Below, one piece after another: positions 15,303 through 24,145 of a stretch of DNA of 32,646 bases; positions within the stretch are counted from its first letter, which is position 1; each line of letters opens with the position of its first letter. Origin of the DNA: Candidatus Colwellbacteria bacterium (GTDB lineage Bacteria; Patescibacteriota; Minisyncoccia; UBA6257; Colwellbacteraceae). Where the stretch lies: assembly GCA_027310265.1 (NCBI GenBank), contig DAIDBC010000039.1:1-32646 (forward strand), in the 5' to 3' direction. Position numbers and translations under genes: made by a program. The notes beneath the pieces were generated by a model. It saw only the letters and a list, made by a program, of their open reading frames with translations. It was not told the DNA's origin and did not search any database.

Positions 15303-15314
15303 GTCCCTTGCCTA

Positions 15315-16268
15315 TCACGATAGCAGCACTATCTCGCGGGATCGCGATTCAAGCTGCACAACCGCGAAACCAACCGCGATCAAAATTTCGAACAAAACAA
15401 ACGCTACAACAAGAAGCGGGTAAGATATGATCGCCGCAGCAAAACGGATTGTAGCCCAGAGCAGCAAAAATACAACCGCGTAGATCAAAAGTTCCGTCGG
15501 CAAGCCCATCGTCCCCACTTTTTTGGCGAATAGGTCAGTTACGTTCGCCGAAATGGTCGCATCCAGATTAATCTCCACGCCCAACGAAGCCTTAAGCTGC
15601 GCTGATGCGGCGTTAACGGCGTCATTCAAAACTTTGTTGGCGGTAGCAGGCGGGAGTTTATCGATGGCCGGCTGAGTGCGGCGTGCAATCTGAGTCAGGA
15701 CACCGCGGACACTCATATCGGGGGTGTAATCCGGCGAGTAATATTTCATAACTGGAGTAATAACCGGATCAAGCAGCGTTTTCACAACGCTGTTGTAAGA
15801 GAATGCACCATTGCTTACGGCGCCAAGTATGGCCATTCCGAGCAATAATCCGGTCGCCCCGCCCGCGAGCGCCTTTCTCGCCACCCGTGAAAAAGGGACG
15901 CGCAGCGTATTTTCCAGCTCCCTCCGGCCAGCGAGAGCTCCGCCCGCTAGGCAAACCAAAATCGCCACTGCGGAGATCGCCAGATAGTTAAACGAAATAT
16001 GGTAGTAAGGGACAAGTAAAACTACTGTTTCCAAAAGGATAGTTAAAGCAAGATAGCCGAATTCTTTCAAGAAGAACACTTGTAACGCGAATAAACTTAA
16101 GAATAAAACAGCAAGGATTCCTCCCCAAAGTAGATTGCCGTTTATAAAAAAGAAGCTGGCGCCGAAAGCCGCGAGAACCGGAACTACCACCGTCGCCCAA
16201 ACTTTCCAGACCGAACGATTAACGTCAGCCACCTCAGGACCCTTCGTGATGAGCGAATCTTCGGGCAT
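15315..16268 (-). CDS. Polytopic membrane protein of unknown function inserted between dnaK and dnaJ
   Basis: 317-aa ORF with ATG at 16268. It has about 4-5 N-terminal TM helices, a soluble segment of about 100 aa, and 2 C-terminal TM helices. I recognise no motif. Gaps to its neighbours are 14 nt and 12 nt. Confidence 0.6.
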   Translation of the reverse strand: MPEDSLITKGPEVADVNRSVWKVWATVVVPVLAAFGASFFFINGNLLWGGILAVLFLSLFALQVFFLKEFGYLALTILLETVVLLVPYYHISFNYLAISAVAILVCLAGGALAGRRELENTLRVPFSRVARKALAGGATGLLLGMAILGAVSNGAFSYNSVVKTLLDPVITPVMKYYSPDYTPDMSVRGVLTQIARRTQPAIDKLPPATANKVLNDAVNAASAQLKASLGVEINLDATISANVTDLFAKKVGTMGLPTELLIYAVVFLLLWATIRFAAAIISYPLLVVAFVLFEILIAVGFAVVQLESRSREIVLLS

Positions 16269-16282
16269 ATTGTGACTCTATT

Positions 16283-18127
16283 TTAACCCGGCTGACCCTG
16301 GTCTGTCGAAGAATTGGATGGATTGCCTTTACCGTACATCGCCTCGCCTATTTTCTGTAGTTCGGCAGACAGCTCGGCTGCAGCCGAATCCATCGTATTC
16401 TTGTCCGAGGATTCAATCGCTTTCTTCAACGCATCGATTTTCGCGCGAACGCCGTCTTTAACTCCGGCGGGTACTTTCTCGCCGGCGTCGGTCAAAGCCT
16501 TTTCCGCCGCGTAGACCAAAGCCTCGGCGCGGTTCTTGGATTCCACTGATTCACGCTTCCGCGCATCCTCTTCGGCATGAGCAGCGGCCTCGGTGCGCAA
16601 ACGCTCCACTTCTTCTTTAGATAGCGAGGTTGAAGCTTCAATTCGTACGGCCTGGCTCTTGCCGGTCGCTTTATCAAGCGCTTTTACGCTCAAAATACCG
16701 TTTGCATCTATATCGAAAGTGACTTCCACCTGGGGTAAGCCGCGCGGCGAAGGCGGAATGCCATCCAAAATAAAGCGTGCAAGTGTTTTGTTGTCCGCAG
16801 CCATCGGCCGTTCGCCCTGGGTGACGTGCACTTCCACTGAAGTCTGGTTATCAGCGGCGGTAGAGAAAACCTGCGTCTTCGCTGTTGGTACGGTGGTATT
16901 TTTAGCGATCATCGGGGTTGCAACACCGCCCAGCGTCTCGATTGCTAACGTAAGCGGGGTTACATCCAGAAGTAAAATATCTTTTACGTCTCCCTGCAGA
17001 ATTCCCGCTTGAACGGCTGCGCCCACCGCGACCACTTCGTCCGGGTTGATGCCCCGGTGCGGCTCCTTGCCGAACAACTTCTGCACTGCTTCCTGCATCG
17101 CCGGCATTCTGGTCTGGCCGCCGACCATTACCACCTCATCGATATCCCCGATTTTGAAACCAGCATCGGCGATAGCTTTCTTGGTGAGCTCAATTGAACG
17201 GTCGATATAGTCACGCACTAACTCTTCCAACTTAGCGCGGCTCAATTTTTTCAAAAAATGTTTGGGGCCCGAAGCGTCGGAGGTGACGTAGGGCAAATTT
17301 ATCTCAGTCTCAACTGCCGTTGAAAGTTCATGTTTAGCGCGCTCGGCGGCTTCCTTCAAACGCTGCAACGCCAGCGGGTCGTTTGAAATATCGATACCCT
17401 GTTCTTTTTTATATTCCGCTACTAGATATTCGATAATACGCTTATCAAAATCGTCTCCGCCCAAGTGGGTGTCGCCGCCAGTCGCTTTTACCTCGACGGT
17501 GTCATCGCCCACTTCCAACACCGAAATATCGAATGTGCCGCCGCCAAAGTCGTAAACCACAATCTGTTCATTCCTGTCGCGGTTCAAACCATAAGCCAAG
17601 GCGGCGGCCGTAGGCTCATTAATAATCCTGCGCACCTTGAATCCGGCGATTTCGCCGGCATTCTTGGTCGCTTGCCGTTGGGAATCGTCAAAGTAAGCGG
17701 GCACAGTAATAACCGCTTCTTCGATCTTCTCACCCAAACGCATTTCGGCGTCGGCCTTTAATTTGGCAAGAACCATTGCCGAGATTTCCTCCGGCCGGTA
17801 GTATTTGTCGCCCATTTTAATCTCCACGCCCCCGTCGGCGGCCGCACGGATCTCGTACGGCAGCCAGGTTTTGTCGCGCTGCACCTCAGCGTCGCTAAAC
17901 TTGCGGCCGATCAAACGCTTCACCGAGAAAATCGTGTTTTGCGGGTTGGTAATCGCCTGACGCTTGGCCACCAAACCGACTAGTCGTTCATTCGATTTAG
18001 AAATCGCGACGATCGAAGGCGTAGTGCGGTTGCCTTCGGCGTTCTCCAAGATTTTCGGCTCGCCGCCCTCCGTGACCGCCATCGCGGAGTTGGTTGTCCC
18101 CAAATCTATTCCTAAAATTTTTGCCAT
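16283..18127 (-). CDS. dnaK: Molecular chaperone DnaK (Hsp70)
   Basis: [19 protein letters not shown] and [11 protein letters not shown] are present, with full-length collinearity with Hsp70. 614 aa. Confidence 0.97.
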   Translation of the reverse strand: MAKILGIDLGTTNSAMAVTEGGEPKILENAEGNRTTPSIVAISKSNERLVGLVAKRQAITNPQNTIFSVKRLIGRKFSDAEVQRDKTWLPYEIRAAADGGVEIKMGDKYYRPEEISAMVLAKLKADAEMRLGEKIEEAVITVPAYFDDSQRQATKNAGEIAGFKVRRIINEPTAAALAYGLNRDRNEQIVVYDFGGGTFDISVLEVGDDTVEVKATGGDTHLGGDDFDKRIIEYLVAEYKKEQGIDISNDPLALQRLKEAAERAKHELSTAVETEINLPYVTSDASGPKHFLKKLSRAKLEELVRDYIDRSIELTKKAIADAGFKIGDIDEVVMVGGQTRMPAMQEAVQKLFGKEPHRGINPDEVVAVGAAVQAGILQGDVKDILLLDVTPLTLAIETLGGVATPMIAKNTTVPTAKTQVFSTAADNQTSVEVHVTQGERPMAADNKTLARFILDGIPPSPRGLPQVEVTFDIDANGILSVKALDKATGKSQAVRIEASTSLSKEEVERLRTEAAAHAEEDARKRESVESKNRAEALVYAAEKALTDAGEKVPAGVKDGVRAKIDALKKAIESSDKNTMDSAAAELSAELQKIGEAMYGKGNPSNSSTDQGQPG

Positions 18128-18141
18128 TTTTTAAATATTGT

Positions 18142-18648
18142 TTATTTTGCCAATTTGACTCTCGCCGGACGCAGAACCTTACCCTGAAAAACATATCCCG
18201 TCTCTACTTCTTCCGCAACCGATCCAGACTGATAGGACAAAGGCGGATCGATCTCCGCGGTACCGACGGATTCGTGGTAGCTGGGATTGAATGCCTCGCC
18301 TGATATAACCTTTATCTTTTCCAAGCCGCGACGCTTCAAAACGTCCTCTAGTTGGCCCTTGATCATATAGACGCCCTTCTCTACCGGGCCGGCTTTTTCG
18401 AGCGACGCCAACCCCAGCTCGAAACTGTCCAAAACGGGAATGAGATCGCGGATTACATCCTCGCTTCCAAATTTTATCACCTCTTCCAGGCGGGCAAATT
18501 CTTCTTTCTTGTAATTGATAAAGTCCGCCTTAGTCCTTTTCCAGCCATCCAAATATTCGTCGCGCTCGCGGGCCGCCTTATCAAGGTCAGCTTTAAGCTG
18601 ATCAGCCTCGGATTTTATTTCGTTGTTGGTAACGTTGTTCTCCTCCAA
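18142..18648 (-). CDS. grpE: Nucleotide exchange factor GrpE
   Basis: It has a coiled-coil N-terminus, RTKADFINYKKE, and the C-terminal beta domain GYVFQGKVLRPARV. It uses a TTG start preceded by GGAGA. 168 aa. Confidence 0.9.
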   Translation of the reverse strand: MEENNVTNNEIKSEADQLKADLDKAARERDEYLDGWKRTKADFINYKKEEFARLEEVIKFGSEDVIRDLIPVLDSFELGLASLEKAGPVEKGVYMIKGQLEDVLKRRGLEKIKVISGEAFNPSYHESVGTAEIDPPLSYQSGSVAEEVETGYVFQGKVLRPARVKLAK

Positions 18649-18669
18649 ATCGTCTCCATCTTTAATCGT

Positions 18670-19272
18670 CTAACCCCGTCTTGTCAAGGCTTCGCGCAAT
18701 GTTTCTTCGTCTGCGAACTCGATTTCGCCCCCAGTTGGTATCCCCCGTCCCAGCCGCGTTATTTTCTCGGCAAAAGGCTTTAGTTCCTGGGCAATAAGCG
18801 AGGCTATCAAATCGGAGGATGTGGCCGGATTTACGGCAATAATTATCTCCCTAACCTTACCGCCAAGAGATTCCTTGATCCATGCTTTGAGGCTTTGCAA
18901 TCGCAGGCGCTGCTCGGTATCCAAAACGCCGCTTTTTTTCAAATCCCCCACCACCAGATAGCGGCCGGTGAACTTCTTGGCGTTCTCAAGCGAGAGTAGG
19001 TCAGTTTCTTTTTCCACAACAGCAATTAACGATTTATCGCGGCGCGGATCGGCGCAAATATCGCAGAGGTCTCCGGCGCCCTGATAGATAAAAAAACATT
19101 GTTTGCAGATTTTCACGCCCCTTAGACCAGCTAAGATGCCGGCGGTTTCACTCTGCAACGCTTGACCACGATGGATGAAATAAAAAGCCAGTCGGATCGC
19201 TTGGCGCGGCCCGATTCCTGGAAGCTCCGAAAAAATTTCGACGAAACGCCTAATGGGCTCCGGGACTTTCAT
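18670..19272 (-). CDS. recR: Recombination protein RecR
   Basis: LPGIGPRQA (HhH), a C4 zinc finger (CKQC...CDIC) and a Toprim domain are present. 200 aa. Confidence 0.92.
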   Translation of the reverse strand: MKVPEPIRRFVEIFSELPGIGPRQAIRLAFYFIHRGQALQSETAGILAGLRGVKICKQCFFIYQGAGDLCDICADPRRDKSLIAVVEKETDLLSLENAKKFTGRYLVVGDLKKSGVLDTEQRLRLQSLKAWIKESLGGKVREIIIAVNPATSSDLIASLIAQELKPFAEKITRLGRGIPTGGEIEFADEETLREALTRRG

Positions 19273-20620
19273 GGTAAGTATCGATGTTGCGGAAACTGGC
19301 CTTCTGTTTGTCGAAGAATAATTCTACCACTCCTAAGGGACCGTTCCTGTGTTTCGCCACCCGGATTTCTATGATACTTTCTCCTTCACCCGAGGGCGTT
19401 TCGCTGCCGCGGTCTTTAGGATTCAAAAGAATAACTACGTCGGCATCCTGTTCAATTGAACCGGATTCTCTAAGATCGGAAAGGCGCGGCACGCGCGCTT
19501 CGCGCTGATCAACTGCCCGGGAGAGCTGGGAAACGGCGACGACCGGGACATTCAACTCCCGCGCCAGAGCTTTTAATCCCCGCGACACTTCTGTGACCTG
19601 CTGCACCACGCTCTCATAACTTTTGCGTGGTTGCAACAGTTGCAGATAATCGACAATCAGCAAACCCAGACCCTTCTGTTCCGCCTGCAACCGCCTGGCC
19701 ATTGCACGAATCTGCACGATATTAGGTGACGGGGTGTCGTCGATAAAAAGCGTCGAGTGATTGAGGCGGTCAAGCGCGATTTGAATCATCTGGAAGTCAG
19801 TTTCATCTTTCAACCGCCCGGTGCGCAGTTTCCAGAGGTCGACCCCGGCTTCAGCGGCAATCAAGCGGTCGGTAACCTGTTCACGGCTCATCTCCAGCGA
19901 GAAGACGCCCACTACCTCGTGATTTTTGACCGCGGCGTGCCGCGCGATATCAAGCACGAAAGCGGTTTTGCCATTCGAGGGCCGGGCACCCACAATGATT
20001 AAATCCGATTTTTGAAAACCGGAGAGAATGTCATCCAGTTGAAAAAATCCCGTGGCTACGCCGCGCAGTCTTGCGTTTCCGCCGTCCTGGTGCAGCCGCT
20101 CAATGCGTTCATAGGCCCCTTTCAATTCTTCTTTAATCGGCACAAAGTTCTGCGAAGTTGATCCTTCCGAAATAGCGAAGATGCGCTGCTCGATTGAATC
20201 AAGCAACGTGTCCAGATCTTCCTCCTGCGAAAAGGCACTTTCGGTAATCTTAGCCGAAGCGTTGATCAGTTCACGAAGAATCCTCTTCTCCTTAACAACC
20301 TTCGCGTAATGCAGCACATGCGAAGAGGTTGGGACGGAATTAACCAATTCCGTCAAATATGCCGCCCCGCCGACATCTTTCAGCGTATCGGTCTTCTTCA
20401 GCTCAGAAGTGACACTCAAAATATCTATTGGTTCGCGCCTCTCCCAAAGCTTCAAAACCGCTTCGTAAATCACGCCGTGACTTTTTTTGTAAAAGTCCTG
20501 TGGAACAAGAGTGTCGGCAACCACAAAGATCGCATCTTTGTCGATCATTAAGGCACCTAAAACGGACTGCTCCGCTTCGGTGTCCTGCGGCGGAAGTTTT
20601 AAATCTTTGGCGTTGGCCAT
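19250..20620 (-). CDS. dnaB: Replicative DNA helicase DnaB
   Basis: PPQDTEAEQSVLGALM, Walker A GARPSNGKTAF, LIVDYLQLL and SQLSR are present. 456 aa. Confidence 0.93.
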   Translation of the reverse strand: MANAKDLKLPPQDTEAEQSVLGALMIDKDAIFVVADTLVPQDFYKKSHGVIYEAVLKLWERREPIDILSVTSELKKTDTLKDVGGAAYLTELVNSVPTSSHVLHYAKVVKEKRILRELINASAKITESAFSQEEDLDTLLDSIEQRIFAISEGSTSQNFVPIKEELKGAYERIERLHQDGGNARLRGVATGFFQLDDILSGFQKSDLIIVGARPSNGKTAFVLDIARHAAVKNHEVVGVFSLEMSREQVTDRLIAAEAGVDLWKLRTGRLKDETDFQMIQIALDRLNHSTLFIDDTPSPNIVQIRAMARRLQAEQKGLGLLIVDYLQLLQPRKSYESVVQQVTEVSRGLKALARELNVPVVAVSQLSRAVDQREARVPRLSDLRESGSIEQDADVVILLNPKDRGSETPSGEGESIIEIRVAKHRNGPLGVVELFFDKQKASFRNIDTYHESPGAH

Positions 20621-20637
20621 ATAAAAGGGTTTAGGAT

Positions 20638-22005
20638 TTAGGATACCACCGGACCTCCGGGGGTGTCTTCTAATTTATATCCTAATAGTTCTATTTGCCG
20701 TCTCAAGCCGTCGGCCTGAACAAACTGTTTATAAGTTCGGAGTTTTTCGCGTTCGGCAATAAGTTTCTTAATTTTGACCGGCAATTCGAGCGGTTTAACT
20801 GCGGCCAAACCTAAACCCAAAATCTTATCGAACTCTAAAACGAGCTCCTTTTTAGTCTTAAAGGACAATTTAACGTCACGCACAACTTTCCATGTAAGCG
20901 CTAACGCTTCCGGCGTATTCAGATCTTTATTAAGAAATGCAGAGAACTTTTTTTCATAGTTCCTTATATAAGCCGCTTGCGCTCTAACGAGGTTGTCGCT
21001 GGGATGACGTAAAAACTCTCGCAGGCTGTTCAAAGCATTCTCCGCCGCACGGGCTGATTCCCAAGTAAAGTTCAGTTTAGAACGGTAATGAGAGGTCAGG
21101 ATTAAATAACGGAAGGCTAGCGGCTCGATCCCCTTGTTTCCTAAATCCCGCAGCGTGTAGATGTTATGCAAAGATTTGGACATTTTCTGTCCCTCAACCA
21201 AGAGATGCTCGCCGTGCACCCAGTAACGCACAAATTTCTTTCCTGTGGCCGCTTCGGATTGGGCAATTTCGTTCTCATGATGTGGGAACAAAAGATCAAC
21301 CGCGCCGGCATGGATGTCGAGCGTCTCCCCTAGATATTTCATGCTCATCGCTGAGCACTCAATGTGCCAGCCCGGCCGGCCGGCCCCCCATGGACTCGGC
21401 CACGACGGTTCGCCGGGTTTGTGGGCTTTCCATAATACGAAATCCTGGGCGTTATCCTTGCCGTACTCATCCGCGCTCACCCGCGCACCGGATTTGAGCT
21501 CACGCCTGTCTAAACCGGAAAGCTTTCCATAACTTTTGAACTTAGAGATGTCGAAATAGATCGAACCGTCTTCACCTTGGTAAGCAAAACCCCTAGCAAC
21601 TAGTTTTTTTATGAGCGCTACCATCTCTTTTATATTGGCGGTAGCAGGAGTGTAATATTCGACTTTTTCAATATTAAGTTTTTCAAGATCGCCGAAAAAC
21701 AGTTTAGTATACGGTTTGGTTACCGCAGAGATTGGTTTGCGGAGGGCAAGGGCTTTTTTGATTATTTTATCGTCGACATCGGTGATATTCATCACCTGCT
21801 TCACCCTATAGCCATCCAGTGCGAGCGTCCGCCGCAACAAATCCTCGAACACATAAGTGCGGAGGTTGCCGATGTGGGCGTAGTCGTACACCGTCGGACC
21901 GCAGGTATAAATGCGCACGGTTTTAACTTTTTGTCCCGACCGCCGGTGGGCAAGGGGTTTAAATTTTTCTTTTTTGTGAGATAAGCTGTTGTAGAGAGTG
22001 AGCAT
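20638..22005 (-). CDS. cysS: Cysteine--tRNA ligase
   Basis: YTCGPTVYDYAHIGNLR (HIGH region) and KMSKS are present. The track ORF (to 22194) is trimmed to the ATG at 22005 (MLTLYNSLSHKKE), because the extension runs through the rplU gene and promoter region. Confidence 0.92.
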   Translation of the reverse strand: MLTLYNSLSHKKEKFKPLAHRRSGQKVKTVRIYTCGPTVYDYAHIGNLRTYVFEDLLRRTLALDGYRVKQVMNITDVDDKIIKKALALRKPISAVTKPYTKLFFGDLEKLNIEKVEYYTPATANIKEMVALIKKLVARGFAYQGEDGSIYFDISKFKSYGKLSGLDRRELKSGARVSADEYGKDNAQDFVLWKAHKPGEPSWPSPWGAGRPGWHIECSAMSMKYLGETLDIHAGAVDLLFPHHENEIAQSEAATGKKFVRYWVHGEHLLVEGQKMSKSLHNIYTLRDLGNKGIEPLAFRYLILTSHYRSKLNFTWESARAAENALNSLREFLRHPSDNLVRAQAAYIRNYEKKFSAFLNKDLNTPEALALTWKVVRDVKLSFKTKKELVLEFDKILGLGLAAVKPLELPVKIKKLIAEREKLRTYKQFVQADGLRRQIELLGYKLEDTPGGPVVS

Positions 22006-22015
22006 CACTACGTCG

Positions 22016-22024
22016 ATTATAACA
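22016..22024 (-). promoter_or_regulatory. Extended -10 element TGTTATAAT upstream of cysS
   Basis: The minus strand reads TGT TATAAT (22024-22016) followed by CGACGTAGTG ATG(22005). The predicted TSS leaves a leader of about 4 nt and there is no Shine-Dalgarno sequence. Confidence 0.4.
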
Positions 22025-22033
22025 CGGCTCGCC

Positions 22034-22062
22034 TTGACTATAAGCTCTGCCTCCCGTTTAAT
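22034..22062 (+). promoter_or_regulatory. Candidate promoter TTGACT-17-TTTAAT upstream of rplU
   Basis: TTGACT(22034-22039), a 17-nt spacer, then TTTAAT(22057-22062), followed directly by GGGAGGTGTT ATG(22073). The geometry would put the TSS inside or after the GGGAGG, so either the promoter or the SD assignment is uncertain. Confidence 0.35.
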
Positions 22063-22072
22063 GGGAGGTGTT

Positions 22073-22387
22073 ATGTTTGCGGTAATCGAAACAGGCGGTA
22101 AACAATACCGGGTCTCGCCCGGTTCTAAATTGCGTGTTGAAAAGTTGAAAGCAGAAGCCGGCGGCGCTTTCACCTTCGACAAGGTGCTGCTCATTGCCAG
22201 CGAGAAAGACGAGGTATCACTCGGCCGTCCTTACATTTCAGGAGCGAAAGTGGAAGCAAGGGTGATCCGCAACGCCAGGGAACGCAAGAAAATAGTCTTC
22301 CGTTACCACTCCAAGACCCGCTACCGCAAGAAGAAAGGACATCGGCAGAACTTTACTGAAGTAGAAATTATTAAAATAAGCGGCTAA
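22073..22387 (+). CDS. rplU: 50S ribosomal protein L21
   Basis: MFAVIETGGKQYRV...KV.....HSKTRYRKKKGHRQ is present. The track ORF is trimmed to the ATG at 22073, which is preceded by GGGAGG. 104 aa. Confidence 0.9.
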   Translation: MFAVIETGGKQYRVSPGSKLRVEKLKAEAGGAFTFDKVLLIASEKDEVSLGRPYISGAKVEARVIRNARERKKIVFRYHSKTRYRKKKGHRQNFTEVEIIKISG

Positions 22388-22401
22388 CCAGCCGCTTATT
22401 T
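22374..22401. terminator. Bidirectional intrinsic terminator between convergent rplU and the 109-aa membrane gene
   Basis: A perfect stem ATAAGCGGCT(22376-22385)-AACC-AGCCGCTTAT(22390-22399), extendable by 2 A-T pairs, is flanked by T-rich runs on both strands (TTATTTCGTT on +, TTATTTTAATAATTT on -). Confidence 0.7.
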
Positions 22402-22403
22402 CG

Positions 22404-22733
22404 TTAGTTCACAGAGATGACCACGCCGGTGGCGATAAGACTGAATATGGCGATTACGAGAGTTGCGAAGGCCAAAAGATAGGACAAGAAACGCTCGCGG
22501 TAATATATCTCCCGCGCAAGCACAATATTTACAACACCCGCTGTAAATATAACTCCAAGAGCAACCAAAACCTCTGCGCGGTTCCCCAAAAGGTCCACGC
22601 CACGCCCGGCGGTGAAATGTAAAATTAAGTTACCGCTTCCGCCGGTTAAACCGAAAACGGCCAGCGCCGCTGCGGCGACCAGCACAAGCAAACTCAATCC
22701 GAAAATTACCGTAAGTGTTATGTCGCGAAACAT
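22404..22733 (-). CDS. Small membrane protein (3 predicted TM helices), unknown function
   Basis: 109-aa ORF with ATG at 22733, strongly hydrophobic, directly downstream of tRNA-Glu and followed by the terminator. Confidence 0.55.
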   Translation of the reverse strand: MFRDITLTVIFGLSLLVLVAAAALAVFGLTGGSGNLILHFTAGRGVDLLGNRAEVLVALGVIFTAGVVNIVLAREIYYRERFLSYLLAFATLVIAIFSLIATGVVISVN

Positions 22734-22754
22734 CGCAGATTACCGTTGTAGAAG

Positions 22755-22826
22755 TAGCCCATAGGAGAATCGAACTCCTGTTCCAGCGCTGAGAACGCTG
22801 TGTCCTAGCCACTAGACGAATGGGCC
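22755..22826 (-). tRNA. tRNA-Glu (anticodon CTC)
   Basis: GGCCCATTCGTCTAGTGGCTAGGACACAGCGTTCTCAGCGCTGGAACAGGAGTTCGATTCTCCTATGGGCTA is 72 nt, with anticodon stem CAGCG/CGCTG, loop TTCTCAG, and a G1-U71 closing pair. CCA is not encoded. Confidence 0.85.
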
Positions 22827-22836
22827 GCCGTCCGGC

Positions 22837-22865
22837 ATTTTAAGGCTTATCCAACGTCAAATCAA
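22837..22865 (-). promoter_or_regulatory. Promoter TTGATT-17-TAAAAT for tRNA-Glu, overlapping the murF stop codon
   Basis: The minus strand reads TTGATT(22865-22860), a 17-nt spacer, then TAAAAT(22842-22837). The tRNA 5' end lies 10 nt after the -10. Confidence 0.5.
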
Positions 22866-24145
22866 TCTTTAAGCCATTTACCGTATTGCCGCACCAAAAC
22901 TTCTTGCGCCCGCTCCGGTTCGGACATAATTTCCAAAACAATTTTCTCCATCCGCATCGACTGCGAGCCCTTTACAAGGATAATATCCTTAGGCTTAAGG
23001 ATTTTCTGCACCTCTAGTGCGGCTTCCTCAGCGGTATCGAAACTAAAGACATTACCTCTATGTATCCGCGTCTTCGCCGCCTCGGCGGCGAGGCGCATTC
23101 TTGCGCCGACGGTCACGAAAACATCTGCGGCCTCGGCAACAATCCGGCCTATGTTCTCGTGCGCAGCGATGGTATAACTACCCAGTTCGGCCATATCCCC
23201 CAGAACAGCAATTTTACGCGGCGCGGCGATGGTTCTCAAAATCTCCAACGCAGAAAGCGTCGCAGCCGGCGAGGCATTATAGGTGTCATCAATAATGTAA
23301 GAACCACGCACTCCCTCGATGAGCCGCGTCCTGCCCTTGAGACCGCGGTAAAGTGCAAGCATCTCGGAAATTTTTACCAAGTTCATCCCGCGGGCGAGAC
23401 CCACTGCCGCGGCGGCCGCGGCCGCATAAGCCTGCGCCTTACCGAACACCCCCTCAATTTTGACCGGCACAAAACTTCCGCCGGATTCCAGTTTGAACGA
23501 AATACCGATTGGCTTGCCGAATTCGCTCCTATTCTCAAACGCTGCAATGCGCACGTCCGAGACCAAGTCAGCGCCAAAGGTTATAACCTTCGCTTTGGTA
23601 CTGTCACGCATTGCCGCGACGGCCGGATCATCACTATTCAAAACTACCCAGCCGTCCTGACCTATGGCCGAGACCAGTTTCGACTTCTCTTTAGCTACAT
23701 CCTCCGGGCGGCCATAAAACTCAATATGCACAGGCGTTTCCCCGATTGCGGTCACAACCGCCACGTCGGGTTTCACAATACTTAAAAGATAATCCAGGTC
23801 GCCCGGACGATCGGCTCCGTATTCCAAAATGAGAGTGCGCGGATAGTGATTGCGCAGGAAAAGATTGAAGAAACCCTTGGTTACCACTCCCAACCAGAAA
23901 ACAAATCCGCCGGGAAACTCATAATCGCCCAGAACGGCCAGCGGCAATCCGAACTCGTTGTTCAAATTGCCCCCGGAAGCGCGAACTGAACCAGAACTCT
24001 TCAAGACGGTAAGAATTGCGAGCTTCGTCGAGGTTTTGCCGACGCTGCCAGTCACGCCCACCACGAAAGGGTGATGTTTGCGAAGCGTCGCCCTGGCCAA
24101 GAATTTCAATATCGCTTTCAAGATGCTACGCAGAAATGAACGCAT
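22862..24145 (-). CDS. murF: UDP-N-acetylmuramoyl-tripeptide--D-alanyl-D-alanine ligase (MurF-like) lacking the usual N-terminal domain
   Basis: GVTGSVGKTSTK (P-loop at aa 31-42), GNLNNEFGLPLAVL, YNASPAA and a C-terminal Mur ligase domain are present. 427 aa. Only about 30 aa precede the P-loop. Confidence 0.85.
   Translation of the reverse strand: MRSFLRSILKAILKFLARATLRKHHPFVVGVTGSVGKTSTKLAILTVLKSSGSVRASGGNLNNEFGLPLAVLGDYEFPGGFVFWLGVVTKGFFNLFLRNHYPRTLILEYGADRPGDLDYLLSIVKPDVAVVTAIGETPVHIEFYGRPEDVAKEKSKLVSAIGQDGWVVLNSDDPAVAAMRDSTKAKVITFGADLVSDVRIAAFENRSEFGKPIGISFKLESGGSFVPVKIEGVFGKAQAYAAAAAAAVGLARGMNLVKISEMLALYRGLKGRTRLIEGVRGSYIIDDTYNASPAATLSALEILRTIAAPRKIAVLGDMAELGSYTIAAHENIGRIVAEAADVFVTVGARMRLAAEAAKTRIHRGNVFSFDTAEEAALEVQKILKPKDIILVKGSQSMRMEKIVLEIMSEPERAQEVLVRQYGKWLKD

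Noticed and set aside
22006-22194. 63-codon N-terminal extension of cysS, and the 25-codon extension of rplU (21998-22072)
   Set aside because: The two extensions overlap each other and the divergent promoter region. Homology to CysRS starts at MLTLYNSL (ATG 22005) and to L21 at MFAVIETGGKQY (ATG 22073, with GGGAGG upstream).
23060-23785. Long antisense or alternative-frame ORFs inside strongly supported genes, for example 23060..23785 (241 aa), 25132..25815 (227 aa), 14736..15323 (195 aa), 24016..24567 (183 aa), 9401..9859, 10418..10852, 16593..17012, 18352..18783 and 27809..28129
   Set aside because: All lie inside genes with unambiguous homology on the other strand or frame (murF, ftsI, dnaJ, the T4CP-like ATPase, dnaK, grpE, rplL). 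They show skewed Arg/Ser/Pro-rich or low-complexity composition, and none has promoter or RBS support.
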